The notes under the pieces: model-generated
Told to the model about the DNA's origin: nothing
Databases searched by the model: none
The model's input: only the letters and a program-made list of their open reading frames with translations
Source of the DNA: Promethearchaeota archaeon
GTDB taxonomy: Archaea > Asgardarchaeota > Lokiarchaeia > Sigyniarchaeales > SOKP01
Length of the DNA stretch: 10,924 nucleotides
Assembly: GCA_011364975.1 (NCBI GenBank)
Contig: RDOE01000097.1
Span: 1 to 10,924 of the forward strand
Direction of reading: 5' to 3'
Made by a program: the position numbers and the translations under genes
Shown: in pieces, positions 1-8,663 of the stretch
Layout: each line of letters starts with the position of its first letter
Position numbering within the stretch: the first letter of the stretch is position 1

Positions 1-813
1 ATGAGGATATTCAAGAATAGATTGATGACTCGCATTCTGAAGGATGATTAATTTACTATTTGGGATCAATTCATGCATCCGTTCACTTATTGCCTTTGGG
101 CAACTTTTATCTTTATCAGCAGCTAAAATTAAAACATCTTGCTTAATTTCTCCTAAACGATTATATACATCATGTGTTTTCAAAGCTTCAGATTGATTGA
201 TTATGTCCTTTTCAGTAGGTCCATTAATTGTTTTTTCTTCAACTAGATCCTCAACTGACCAGATTCCATGAAATTTTTTCTTAGGGTTTTCGTTCATTTG
301 TTTCCAAAAGTTACGCGTATAACTATGTTTAGCACCAATTAGGAAAGTTGCTAAGGGATCTTTTTTGTAGCCTCTCATTCCTTCAATGGTTTTCTTTTTA
401 TTCATTTCGACTGCTTGACTTGGATCCACTCCTGGAGGTGCTATACGGGGTATTGTATTTATTAACACAATTTTATTGATTTTTTTAGGATACTTTAATG
501 CAAAATTTTGAACAATCATGCCTCCTAAACTATGACCAAGAATATTAGTCTTTTGAATTTGAAGGGATTCTAATAATCCATTAATATCATCAGCATAAAT
601 TTCCATCGTATAAGGTTCATCAGGGCGATCTGACTTTCCCGCCCCACGGTTGTCAAATCTAATTACTTTAAAATGCTTTGCTAGATCCCCTACTTGGGCT
701 CGAAAATGTTCTTTTCTATCACTAAATCCATGCACTAAAACTAAAGGATAACCTTCTCCAAAAATTTCATAACAGATATTAATTCCATTAACCTTTGTAA
801 ACTTTTCTACCAT
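1..813 (-). CDS. Alpha/beta-fold hydrolase (esterase/lactonase-like), paralogue 1; 3' end runs off the window
   Basis: Not in the ORF track. Hand translation from ATG at 813 stays open to position 1: MVEKFTKVNGINICYEIFGEGYPLVLVHGFSD...FDNRGAGKSDRP...GHSLGG...ADKDK...NASHQSILEYPH. It has the HGF oxyanion motif, a GxSxG nucleophile elbow, and acid and His positions. It is collinear with the next two ORFs. Confidence 0.93.
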   Translation of the reverse strand, partial: MVEKFTKVNGINICYEIFGEGYPLVLVHGFSDRKEHFRAQVGDLAKHFKVIRFDNRGAGKSDRPDEPYTMEIYADDINGLLESLQIQKTNILGHSLGGMIVQNFALKYPKKINKIVLINTIPRIAPPGVDPSQAVEMNKKKTIEGMRGYKKDPLATFLIGAKHSYTRNFWKQMNENPKKKFHGIWSVEDLVEEKTINGPTEKDIINQSEALKTHDVYNRLGEIKQDVLILAADKDKSCPKAISERMHELIPNSKLIILQNASHQSILEYPH

Positions 814-859
814 GATATTAAATTCCCAGTTTCTATCTTAATAGTTTAGATAAAAAATA

Positions 860-1696
860 CTACGCTGTTAAAAATTCAATTATAAGTTTATTTATTTCAG
901 GTGCTCGTGAGAGGGGAGAACTATGTCCTGCTTTATCAATCACGGTTAGAGTACTATTGGGGATGGTATTATGCATTTCAATCATTGAATTACTAGATGT
1001 TAATTTATCATGAGAAGATGCAATTAATAGGGTAGGATTTTTTATCTGTTGTAAATCTTGATTAGTTATTTTTAGTAAAAGTGCTGTAGATTGATTTATT
1101 ATGTCTTGCGGAGTAAGAGGATTTAAGTTTTCATATCTAATTAAATCCTCAACTGACCATAATCCAAAAAACTTTTTCTTTGGATTTGTTCTCATTTCTT
1201 TCCGAAAACTATAGTAATATCCTAAATGTGTTCCATTCCAGAAAGCTTGAATTGGATTTTTTTTTCGCTCTTCTAATGTTTTTATATGATTTCTTTTTAA
1301 CATTTCTACGCCTTGATTATCTGGTGCTCCCATAACAGTGTTAATTAAAATAATTTTTTTTATTCGATTTGGATATTTGATAGCAAAGTGTTGTACAATA
1401 ATTCCACCTAATGACCATCCAATAATATAAGATTTTTCAATTTTGAGGTAATCCATTAAACCTCTAACATCATCAGCAAGCATTTCTGCAGTATTTGGGT
1501 AATTAGGACGATCAGAGTTCCCTCCATTTCGATTATCAAACCGGATCACCTTAAAATGTTCTGATAAAGGACCAAATTGAGCAATCCAACCTTCTTTATT
1601 ACTTCCGAACCCATGAACTAAGATAACCGGTTCACCTTCACCTTTTATTTCATAACATAATTTTATCCCATTTACATCTGCAAATTTTTCAACCAT
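860..1696 (-). CDS. Alpha/beta-fold hydrolase, paralogue 2 (278 aa)
   Basis: Motifs VHGFG, FDNRNGG, GWSLGG nucleophile, SHDKL acid and AGHSS His give a complete Ser-Asp-His triad. Confidence 0.95.
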   Translation of the reverse strand: MVEKFADVNGIKLCYEIKGEGEPVILVHGFGSNKEGWIAQFGPLSEHFKVIRFDNRNGGNSDRPNYPNTAEMLADDVRGLMDYLKIEKSYIIGWSLGGIIVQHFAIKYPNRIKKIILINTVMGAPDNQGVEMLKRNHIKTLEERKKNPIQAFWNGTHLGYYYSFRKEMRTNPKKKFFGLWSVEDLIRYENLNPLTPQDIINQSTALLLKITNQDLQQIKNPTLLIASSHDKLTSSNSMIEMHNTIPNSTLTVIDKAGHSSPLSRAPEINKLIIEFLTA

Positions 1697-1707
1697 GACT
1701 TAACTAA

Positions 1708-1713
1708 TCTCCT
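1708..1713 (-). promoter_or_regulatory. Possible Shine-Dalgarno sequence (AGGAGA) for hydrolase paralogue 2
   Basis: Purine-rich AGGAGA lies 11 nt upstream of the ATG at 1696 in an otherwise AT-rich spacer. Confidence 0.4.
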
Positions 1714-1745
1714 ACTTAAATATTATATTATGCAAGTTTTATTCA

Positions 1746-1767
1746 GAATTAAAGATTTCCTTAATTC
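1746..1767. repeat. Short intergenic inverted repeat GAATTAA-N8-TTAATTC (possible operator or hairpin)
   Basis: Perfect 7 bp arms at 1746-1752 and 1761-1767, about 50-70 nt upstream of the start at 1696. The region is AT-rich, so chance is possible. Confidence 0.35.
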
Positions 1768-1880
1768 AGGGATCTAGTAATTAAATCTTCTTGCTAATTA
1801 TTTTCCATTAACTTGGGGTATCCAGTCAAAATAATCATTATCATAGATTGTTTACTAATTAGCGGTAAAGTTTTGATCTC

Positions 1881-2717
1881 TTAATTTTCAAGAAAATTTA
1901 TGATATATTCATTTACTTCTGGAGCCTTTTCCTTTGCGGATTCATGACCCGCTTTCTCTATCACTTCTATAATACTATTAGCCATTATTTTATGAAGTTC
2001 AATCATCTTTTCTTTGGGGACGAGTTTATCATGAGATGCTGTAAGAAGCAGGGCTCTATGTTTAATTTCATTAATTCTATCATAAGCATAATAAGTTTTG
2101 AATGAGGCGGCTAAATTGCGTATATCTTGAGGCGTAGGGGAATCTGTTTTATAATACTCTATTAAATCTTGAACTGACCACAATCCATAAAATTTTAAAT
2201 TAGGATTTTCTTTCATCTTTCTTCTAAATTTTGGATAAAATCCAAATTGAGTACTGTCCCAGAATGATTTTTCTGGCATTTGTTTCATTAATTCAATACT
2301 TTTTATTCTAGATTGAATATATGCTTCAGGATCAAAATCTTCGGGAAACTTTGCTAATGTATTTATAAGAATAAGCTTATTTACCATAGATGGATATTTA
2401 ATAGTGAATGTTAATGCAATCATTCCTCCCATAGACAAACCTAAAAGATGAGCCTTTTTAAATTTCAGATAGTCCATTAAAGCTTTAAGATCGTCCGCAA
2501 ACATATCCATAGAGTAAGGATTATTTGGGCGTTCTGTTTTTCCTGCACCACGTGCATCATATGTTAAAACTTTAAATTTTTGAGAAAGAGTGGGGACCTG
2601 TGCCATAAAACTTTCTTTTTTTGAGCCAAATCCATGTATTAAGATTAAAGGATACCCATCACCATCTACTCGATAACAAACCTTAAGACCATTTACATTA
2701 GCGAATCTTTCTTCCAT
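1881..2717 (-). CDS. Alpha/beta-fold hydrolase, paralogue 3 (278 aa with corrected start)
   Basis: Motifs IHGFG, YDARGAG, GLSMGG, SHDKL and AGHES. Start moved from 2774 to the ATG at 2717: MEERFANVNG aligns with MVEKFADVNG and MVEKFTKVNG, and the length then equals paralogue 2 (837 nt). Confidence 0.93.
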   Translation of the reverse strand: MEERFANVNGLKVCYRVDGDGYPLILIHGFGSKKESFMAQVPTLSQKFKVLTYDARGAGKTERPNNPYSMDMFADDLKALMDYLKFKKAHLLGLSMGGMIALTFTIKYPSMVNKLILINTLAKFPEDFDPEAYIQSRIKSIELMKQMPEKSFWDSTQFGFYPKFRRKMKENPNLKFYGLWSVQDLIEYYKTDSPTPQDIRNLAASFKTYYAYDRINEIKHRALLLTASHDKLVPKEKMIELHKIMANSIIEVIEKAGHESAKEKAPEVNEYIINFLEN

Positions 2718-2823
2718 AATCATTCTATACTTCAAATTGAAATAAAATAGTAATAAAATAATTTTAAGAATCATTTTACTTTAATTTAAGTACTTATATT
2801 ACTTTTCGGGGATGTAATTCGAA

Positions 2824-3573
2824 ATTCAAAAAAAAGTAATCATTCAAAGTGTTTCGGGAAATAAACTTCATGCCGTTCATTATCTTTGCTCCACGGAAGG
2901 TTCTAAATCAATTCTTATAATGTGTCATGGATTCACAGGAGACAAATATGAATGGGGTCGTTTTCCTAGATTAGCGAATGAATGTAATAAAGAAGAATTT
3001 GATGCTATTTTTTTTGATTTTTCGGGTTCCGGTGAAAATGAGAGAGTCCCAATAACCGTATTCAAACAAATTCAAGATTTAGAATCAGTTTTTAAATGGG
3101 TACAAGATAGAGGATATAAAAAAATAGCAGTGTTAGGGTTATCTTTCGGAGGACTCACTGCGTTAGGAGCAGAGTTAACTGGAATTAAAGCTTATATATT
3201 TTGGGCGCCATTCTTTTTTTTACATACAACAGAAGATCACTCTGATTGGTTTAGGGATTTAAATAAAGGACCTGTAAGAATCCCTACTTCAGGTGAAGGC
3301 GAACCAATTATTATTGATATGAGCTTTATGACAGACTTTGCGAAAGTTCGAGTTAAATCTAATCTTAAAAAATTGGATATTCCCACATTAATGGTTCAAG
3401 GAACCTCAGATCAATCAGTACCATATGAATTTACAAGAAAAGCATTTTCTTTGTTACCTAAGAATAAAAATAATAAACTAGTTGAAATTAACGATGCAAC
3501 TCATGATTTTGAAGGAAAACATTTAAATGAGTTTATCAACCACACTATTTTATGGCTGAAGGATTATCTATAA
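2824..3573 (+). CDS. Alpha/beta hydrolase of a different family (serine aminopeptidase S33 / S9-like esterase); start uncertain
   Basis: Motifs CHGFTG, FDFSGSGE, GLSFGG nucleophile, QGTSDQSVP acid and ATHDF His. The track start (2920) falls two codons before HGF. The frame is open upstream to 2818 and reads like a hydrolase N-terminus (IQKKVIIQSVSGNKLHAVHY...SILIMCHGF). 2824 (ATT) is a tentative start. Confidence 0.85.
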   Translation: MQKKVIIQSVSGNKLHAVHYLCSTEGSKSILIMCHGFTGDKYEWGRFPRLANECNKEEFDAIFFDFSGSGENERVPITVFKQIQDLESVFKWVQDRGYKKIAVLGLSFGGLTALGAELTGIKAYIFWAPFFFLHTTEDHSDWFRDLNKGPVRIPTSGEGEPIIIDMSFMTDFAKVRVKSNLKKLDIPTLMVQGTSDQSVPYEFTRKAFSLLPKNKNNKLVEINDATHDFEGKHLNEFINHTILWLKDYL

Positions 3574-3584
3574 AATTTCTAGAT

Positions 3585-5930
3585 TTATTTATTCTCTATT
3601 ATTTTAGGGGGTGTAAGTTTCAATAATTCATAGTTTTCAAGTAAACCTTTTAAATAATCATCTTGTATTAAAACTTTTTTCGTGTTTGGGATATATTCTA
3701 CATTTACACCAGATTTAGCTAATTGATCAATCATCATCTTGCCATAGTAATTTGTTGATAATTCATGGATATCATATTTTTCATTAGTTTCTTTATATAT
3801 TTTACAATTTTCTAATTTATTCTTCAATTCCAAAATTAGCTTTAAAGTCCATTTTCGAAATATAGCAAACTGTTTCAATTCTTTAATATTAATCTCATTA
3901 TACGATTCTTTTTTAATTAGATCTGTTAAAATTTTCGCAACTTCATTTTTAAGGTCAATTTTTAGAAGTTGTAATGATTCTCTCTTCAATGAATCTCTCT
4001 TAAACCTATCTAATTGTTTCAAATTGCTGAAAATTTGTGAATAGCGTTTAAATCCGATCATTCTTAGAACTTTATTTTTATAATCTGGTCTTTCCAAAAC
4101 ATTAAGATAAATTTTGTTTAGTTCTTTTATTATTTTATTATGGATAAATTCAAAGAATATCTTTTTGCTACTTTCTTTATCTGGTAAAAAACTTATATTA
4201 AATCGCTCTTCTATGAGATCATAAGCATCTATTTCATCAATCTTATACTTTTTCATATCTATAATAATTTCAAAAGGAATATAGGTAGAGACAAACTCCA
4301 TACCTCTCCAAATAAGCTCTATAGCAGTTTTGAAATTTATCCTTCTTATTGGATGCATAACTTTAATATTACCTGCTTTAATTTCGATTGGTTTTTTATA
4401 GCAGAGAATCAAGTCAAAAGGTTTAATTTCATTTGTTAAAGGATGATTGGTATCCGGAATTATAAATCCATCCGAAAATTGACAGATATAGCTTCCTAAA
4501 ATAGGCCTCTGCGCTAAATCCCATTCAACCAAGATATATTTTTCAAGTTCTTTTATATTAATATCGAAGTTTACTTCGATAATTTTCTCATTCTTAACAA
4601 CATTTTTAATCTGTGGATTTTCTAATCCCCAAAAATTTTTTACTTTATATTCTATAGGATTATTTCCGTTGAATATCTCTTTAAAAATAGGATAATTTTC
4701 TACAAAGAAAGTTTGGTCAATATATTCTAGGTGATGTTTTTCGATACCACATTTTTCTATCACGTAATAATATAAAGGTGATTCATTGCGACGTGTAGAA
4801 GTCCAAATTAAAGTAGGATAATCATGTTTATATCTAAAATTCATCTCTGGTAATTTGTCAGATTGTATATTTTCTATTATAAGAGATCTCAGAAAAGCAT
4901 GCTTTTGATGTAATCCTTCGATAAATAAATCTTTCAGTTTTTCTTTATACTTACCAATTTTTATGTAGAGGTCATTTCTATTACTGAAATTGCATGAATT
5001 AGCAACTCTTAAATAAGCATCTAAATGTTCTTCTGAATCCATATTTAATATTGCTTCTTCTACTGAATTAAGAGTATCTTGTTCAATTAGATGATTAATG
5101 TTTGCTTTTTTTTCACTTGATATTTCATGAAAATATTTTTCAATGTGAATTTGAGAATTCAAATTATTCAATAAGAGATATTTAAGGATTACATTGTCAA
5201 CAAAATTAATTTTTAAATTTTGAATTATTTTATAAGCCGCCTTTTCAGGAAACGATTTTAAAAGAGATTTAATATTAATAATTATCTCTACCTGCTGAAA
5301 AAACTCTTTTTTACCAAAATTTTCAAGTAGATTATTTAATATCGCTTCTATTTCATCATCGTGGTCTTTTAGTAATTCCTTAAACTTTACTACATATTTT
5401 AAATACTGATCATATAATTTATGATTTAAAGATACTTCTGCTATTTTCTCAACGTATGAGAAATTATTAGACTCATTATATGCTTGTTCGAGGAAATTAA
5501 TTGCCTCATAAATCTTCGAACTTTTGATAAGTTCTTCTGCTTTTAAAATAAAATTCTCTATCTTACTTTGTTTTACGAGATTGAAATTTGATGAGAAATT
5601 AATGTTTCGAATATTTTTACAAATAACTTCACAAATTTCTGGTTCTATTAATAAAAGTACCTTCACAACATGTTTACAAAATTTAAAATTTTTTTTGAAA
5701 TCAGGGCAATCATGAATTATGTTGATTTTATTAAAATCCTCGAAAATATCAACCACATATTTAGCGTTGTTTGAACCTTGAAGATTAGCCAGTATTTTTA
5801 TTTTAGGGTCAGTCGAAATATTTAAATTGATTATGTTCTTATCTGGAATCGCCTTTCCTCTAGCTAATCTTGCACCCATTACATATCGTTTAAAAAACTC
5901 TGCATTTCCTGGGTTATTTTTAAGCTCCAT
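3585..5930 (-). CDS. Large SWIM-type zinc-finger protein (781 aa) with helical/TPR-like region and uncharacterised C-terminal half
   Basis: The N-terminus follows the prokaryotic SWIM pattern: ARG...ANLQGS..KYVVDI...HDCPDF-x6-FCKHVVKVLL (H73, C75, C85, H87). A TPR-like helix pair follows (AEELIKSSKIYEAINFLEQAY). The gene starts 27 nt after the vWA gene stop. Confidence 0.8.
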   Translation of the reverse strand: MELKNNPGNAEFFKRYVMGARLARGKAIPDKNIINLNISTDPKIKILANLQGSNNAKYVVDIFEDFNKINIIHDCPDFKKNFKFCKHVVKVLLLIEPEICEVICKNIRNINFSSNFNLVKQSKIENFILKAEELIKSSKIYEAINFLEQAYNESNNFSYVEKIAEVSLNHKLYDQYLKYVVKFKELLKDHDDEIEAILNNLLENFGKKEFFQQVEIIINIKSLLKSFPEKAAYKIIQNLKINFVDNVILKYLLLNNLNSQIHIEKYFHEISSEKKANINHLIEQDTLNSVEEAILNMDSEEHLDAYLRVANSCNFSNRNDLYIKIGKYKEKLKDLFIEGLHQKHAFLRSLIIENIQSDKLPEMNFRYKHDYPTLIWTSTRRNESPLYYYVIEKCGIEKHHLEYIDQTFFVENYPIFKEIFNGNNPIEYKVKNFWGLENPQIKNVVKNEKIIEVNFDINIKELEKYILVEWDLAQRPILGSYICQFSDGFIIPDTNHPLTNEIKPFDLILCYKKPIEIKAGNIKVMHPIRRINFKTAIELIWRGMEFVSTYIPFEIIIDMKKYKIDEIDAYDLIEERFNISFLPDKESSKKIFFEFIHNKIIKELNKIYLNVLERPDYKNKVLRMIGFKRYSQIFSNLKQLDRFKRDSLKRESLQLLKIDLKNEVAKILTDLIKKESYNEINIKELKQFAIFRKWTLKLILELKNKLENCKIYKETNEKYDIHELSTNYYGKMMIDQLAKSGVNVEYIPNTKKVLIQDDYLKGLLENYELLKLTPPKIIENK

Positions 5931-5957
5931 AATAGTTTAATTGAAAAGTTCTTACCT

Positions 5958-8663
5958 TCATTGATTTGATATTATATCTGAGATGAGTTTGGGAAAATCT
6001 CTCCATTGATTTAAAGTAAGTAATACTCCATTAGCTTCTTTAACCATCTTTTTTGCCATAACTGCAGAGAAATTAAATTTAGGAACTACCATAACAAACT
6101 TTATATCTTTCTCTTTCATTTTTTTAAGCTCTCCCAAACTATTATTATAATCAAAAACATCAGCATCAGTAAATAAAATATTTAATTTATATTTCGAACG
6201 TGCCTTTTTTTCAAACTGTAAATTGGCCCACTTAAGCGCTGATTGGATACATGTCCCCCCTCTTGCTGAAATATCAAGTAATTCATCAACAACTTTTTCA
6301 AGTTCCACATTGTCATCTAAATTTTTTAATTTATGAGTGTTGGATTCAAAAAATGTTAAAGCAAACTCTTCAGGTTTAAAGGCATATACTAACATGGTTG
6401 CACATAGTGCCATTTGAGCTAATTTTTGTCCTGTCATACTTCCACTAATATCTAATTCAAGAACGAGACAACGTAATCCATCAGTAGTTTTAGAAACTAA
6501 AAAATCATCATTACTGATCATGTCAACTGTTTTTCCTCCTTCTAATAAACTATTGATTGTTTCTTCTAAATCAATTAATTCAAAGTCATCTCCTAGCGTA
6601 TATGGAATAACAATATTCTCTACTAATGGACCTGATTTTGCAGTTCCGATAAGTGAGTTAGCAGACCTTATTCCTAAGTCAATCATGATCTGCTTAATAA
6701 TTTCTTTTAATTTTTTCTTTACATTAGCAGATACATTATGTCTAGAATAAAACCACTGTTCTAACAGATCTAAACCACCTCCGGCCCCTAAAGAAGAAAG
6801 AGCCATATCCAATGCTTGAGACCCCATTTTTTCCGCTGAATTTAGAACCTGAGAAAGAAACTTTTCATCTAAAGCACTTAATGCCGCAAGGTTTGGATTA
6901 TTTTGGTTTGCTCCACCAATAGCAAGTTTTACTAATTCATCTACTTGTTGTGGTGCGAGTTGCATCTGATTTAGAAAATCCTTATATGATTGATACGAAC
7001 CCTCGTTTGATTCAACTAGTTTTTTTAAAAATTTAAAATTAGGCTGAATCAAATTCAATATTTCCTCTTCTGCCATGTTAAGACGTTCTCCTGCTGTTTT
7101 AATAGATTCGATATCTGGGAGGAAGCCCTGATTATTAAAATCTTTGACCATTTTACCAAGATTTTCTTTATTTTCAGCATTTTCAATTAAATCATTTATT
7201 AACTCAGAAATTTTATAGCTCAATTGAGATTGAGCTGAATAATCTAGTACATTATCTTTATTGTCAATAAGCTTGTCTATGTAATCTTTAACTTGGGAAT
7301 TTATTAACTGTTCATCGCTATAATCTTGATTAATAGATTGAATTTCTTTATCAACTATATTACTTATTAATTTTCGCCATGATGGAACCTTTATTGGATT
7401 ATTCAGTAGTTGGTGCTTTATTTCATCTAAATTCTGGTCTTTTACAAATGAATCTAAGTTATCAAGAATTTCATTTAGGTATTGTTCACTCAAATTATTA
7501 CCAAAATACTGATCAAAATTCCTTACGTTTTGATAAGCATCTTTAAACGGTAAATTTAAACTGTTTCCTATAATGTTCTCAAGTGTACTAATATCGAAAT
7601 TCAAATCTGTTCCTAATGTTTTTGAAGCGTTGAAAAGATCATTTAAATTCCTATTATTCTCTTGAAAGTATTTTGTAATTACATCCTTTAATATTTGCTC
7701 ACTGTTTGCATCCAAAATATTTGACTTAAGAGCAAATTCCATTACATTTAATCCATTATAGAAATTTTCACTAAAAACTTTTTCCAGTGCATCTCGAAAA
7801 GAATTGTAATCTTTATCTTTTGAAAGGAAATTCAAAATTTCTTGGATCTGTTGTTCTGTAAGGTTCATAATATTATTGAATATATCCTTTTCATTAGATA
7901 AGTTGGTTTCCTGTTTTCTAAAATTTGAATCAGCCATTACATTATTTAAATATTTGAGCATCTCTTGAATGTAATTTTGATCAAAATTTTCGTTATTCTG
8001 TCGAGATATAAATTCTGATAATATTTTTTCCCTTAAAGTACTAGAATTGGATAAGATTTCTTTTGAAAGATTGAGTTTTTGAGCCGTTAAAATATCTTCA
8101 GGATCAAGATGATTTATTTTTTTTCTTAAAAGCTCCTTAGCATAATTTAATAGACTGTTCAAATCTGTAAATCGGTTAAAATCAGTAATAGCATTTTTAT
8201 CAATAAAATCCAAAGCTGTCTTATAAGGATCCTCATCTAATTCTTTATTAAATTTAGCGAGGAAATCATTTAAACTCTCATCTAATAATTGATCTAGATT
8301 AAAATCCTTTATGTTGTCATAAAATTTATCTAAAAAATCAAAATCATCAATAATTCTATCTAATTCACTCAAATTCAATCCAATATCATTCACTAAGTTG
8401 GAAGCCTTTACCTCACCAAAGAGATCTGCCGATAGATTTTTTGAGGATAATGTATTCGTGGAGGAATCTTTGAAACTAAGAAGTTCTATCGCAATTTTGC
8501 GTGCTAAAATTTGGTTTTCTAATGGGCTTGTAATAACAGCTATCTCAATAAAATCTCGATCCTCACAAGTTCCTTTATTCATAAATCTTGCTAAGATTAA
8601 TTTGCAAATTGCAATAGCTTGACGTATAGACGGTTTATATGCACATTTTTCATGTCTTCTCAT
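5958..8663 (-). CDS. Large vWA (MIDAS) domain protein, likely MoxR partner; true start may lie upstream near 8717
   Basis: C-terminal vWA domain with intact MIDAS: LELDISGSM (DxSxS at 6438-6452), GGT and LFTD. It is preceded by an IDLEETI motif of the kind seen ahead of the vWA domain in CoxE-like proteins. It has a long, apparently helical middle region and lies directly downstream of the MoxR gene. Confidence 0.92.
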   Translation of the reverse strand: MRRHEKCAYKPSIRQAIAICKLILARFMNKGTCEDRDFIEIAVITSPLENQILARKIAIELLSFKDSSTNTLSSKNLSADLFGEVKASNLVNDIGLNLSELDRIIDDFDFLDKFYDNIKDFNLDQLLDESLNDFLAKFNKELDEDPYKTALDFIDKNAITDFNRFTDLNSLLNYAKELLRKKINHLDPEDILTAQKLNLSKEILSNSSTLREKILSEFISRQNNENFDQNYIQEMLKYLNNVMADSNFRKQETNLSNEKDIFNNIMNLTEQQIQEILNFLSKDKDYNSFRDALEKVFSENFYNGLNVMEFALKSNILDANSEQILKDVITKYFQENNRNLNDLFNASKTLGTDLNFDISTLENIIGNSLNLPFKDAYQNVRNFDQYFGNNLSEQYLNEILDNLDSFVKDQNLDEIKHQLLNNPIKVPSWRKLISNIVDKEIQSINQDYSDEQLINSQVKDYIDKLIDNKDNVLDYSAQSQLSYKISELINDLIENAENKENLGKMVKDFNNQGFLPDIESIKTAGERLNMAEEEILNLIQPNFKFLKKLVESNEGSYQSYKDFLNQMQLAPQQVDELVKLAIGGANQNNPNLAALSALDEKFLSQVLNSAEKMGSQALDMALSSLGAGGGLDLLEQWFYSRHNVSANVKKKLKEIIKQIMIDLGIRSANSLIGTAKSGPLVENIVIPYTLGDDFELIDLEETINSLLEGGKTVDMISNDDFLVSKTTDGLRCLVLELDISGSMTGQKLAQMALCATMLVYAFKPEEFALTFFESNTHKLKNLDDNVELEKVVDELLDISARGGTCIQSALKWANLQFEKKARSKYKLNILFTDADVFDYNNSLGELKKMKEKDIKFVMVVPKFNFSAVMAKKMVKEANGVLLTLNQWRDFPKLISDIISNQ

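Noticed and set aside
1794-1844. Minus-strand mini-ORF MIMIILTGYPKLMENN, faintly like a response-regulator receiver beta-4 strand
   Set aside because: Only 16 codons, with no other receiver motifs nearby; indistinguishable from chance.
2718-2774. Hydrophobic N-terminal extension (MILKIILLLFYF...) of hydrolase 3 that looks like a signal peptide
   Set aside because: Both paralogues start at the position equivalent to 2717. The extension is AT-rich divergent-promoter DNA read in frame.
5524-5715. 63 aa plus-strand ORF
   Set aside because: Antisense shadow of the SWIM gene with no recognisable motifs.
6520-6750. 76 aa plus-strand ORF
   Set aside because: Antisense shadow within the vWA gene; S/I/F-rich composition typical of reverse-strand translation.
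8398-8622. 74 aa plus-strand ORF
   Set aside because: Antisense to the N-terminus of the vWA gene, with no independent support.
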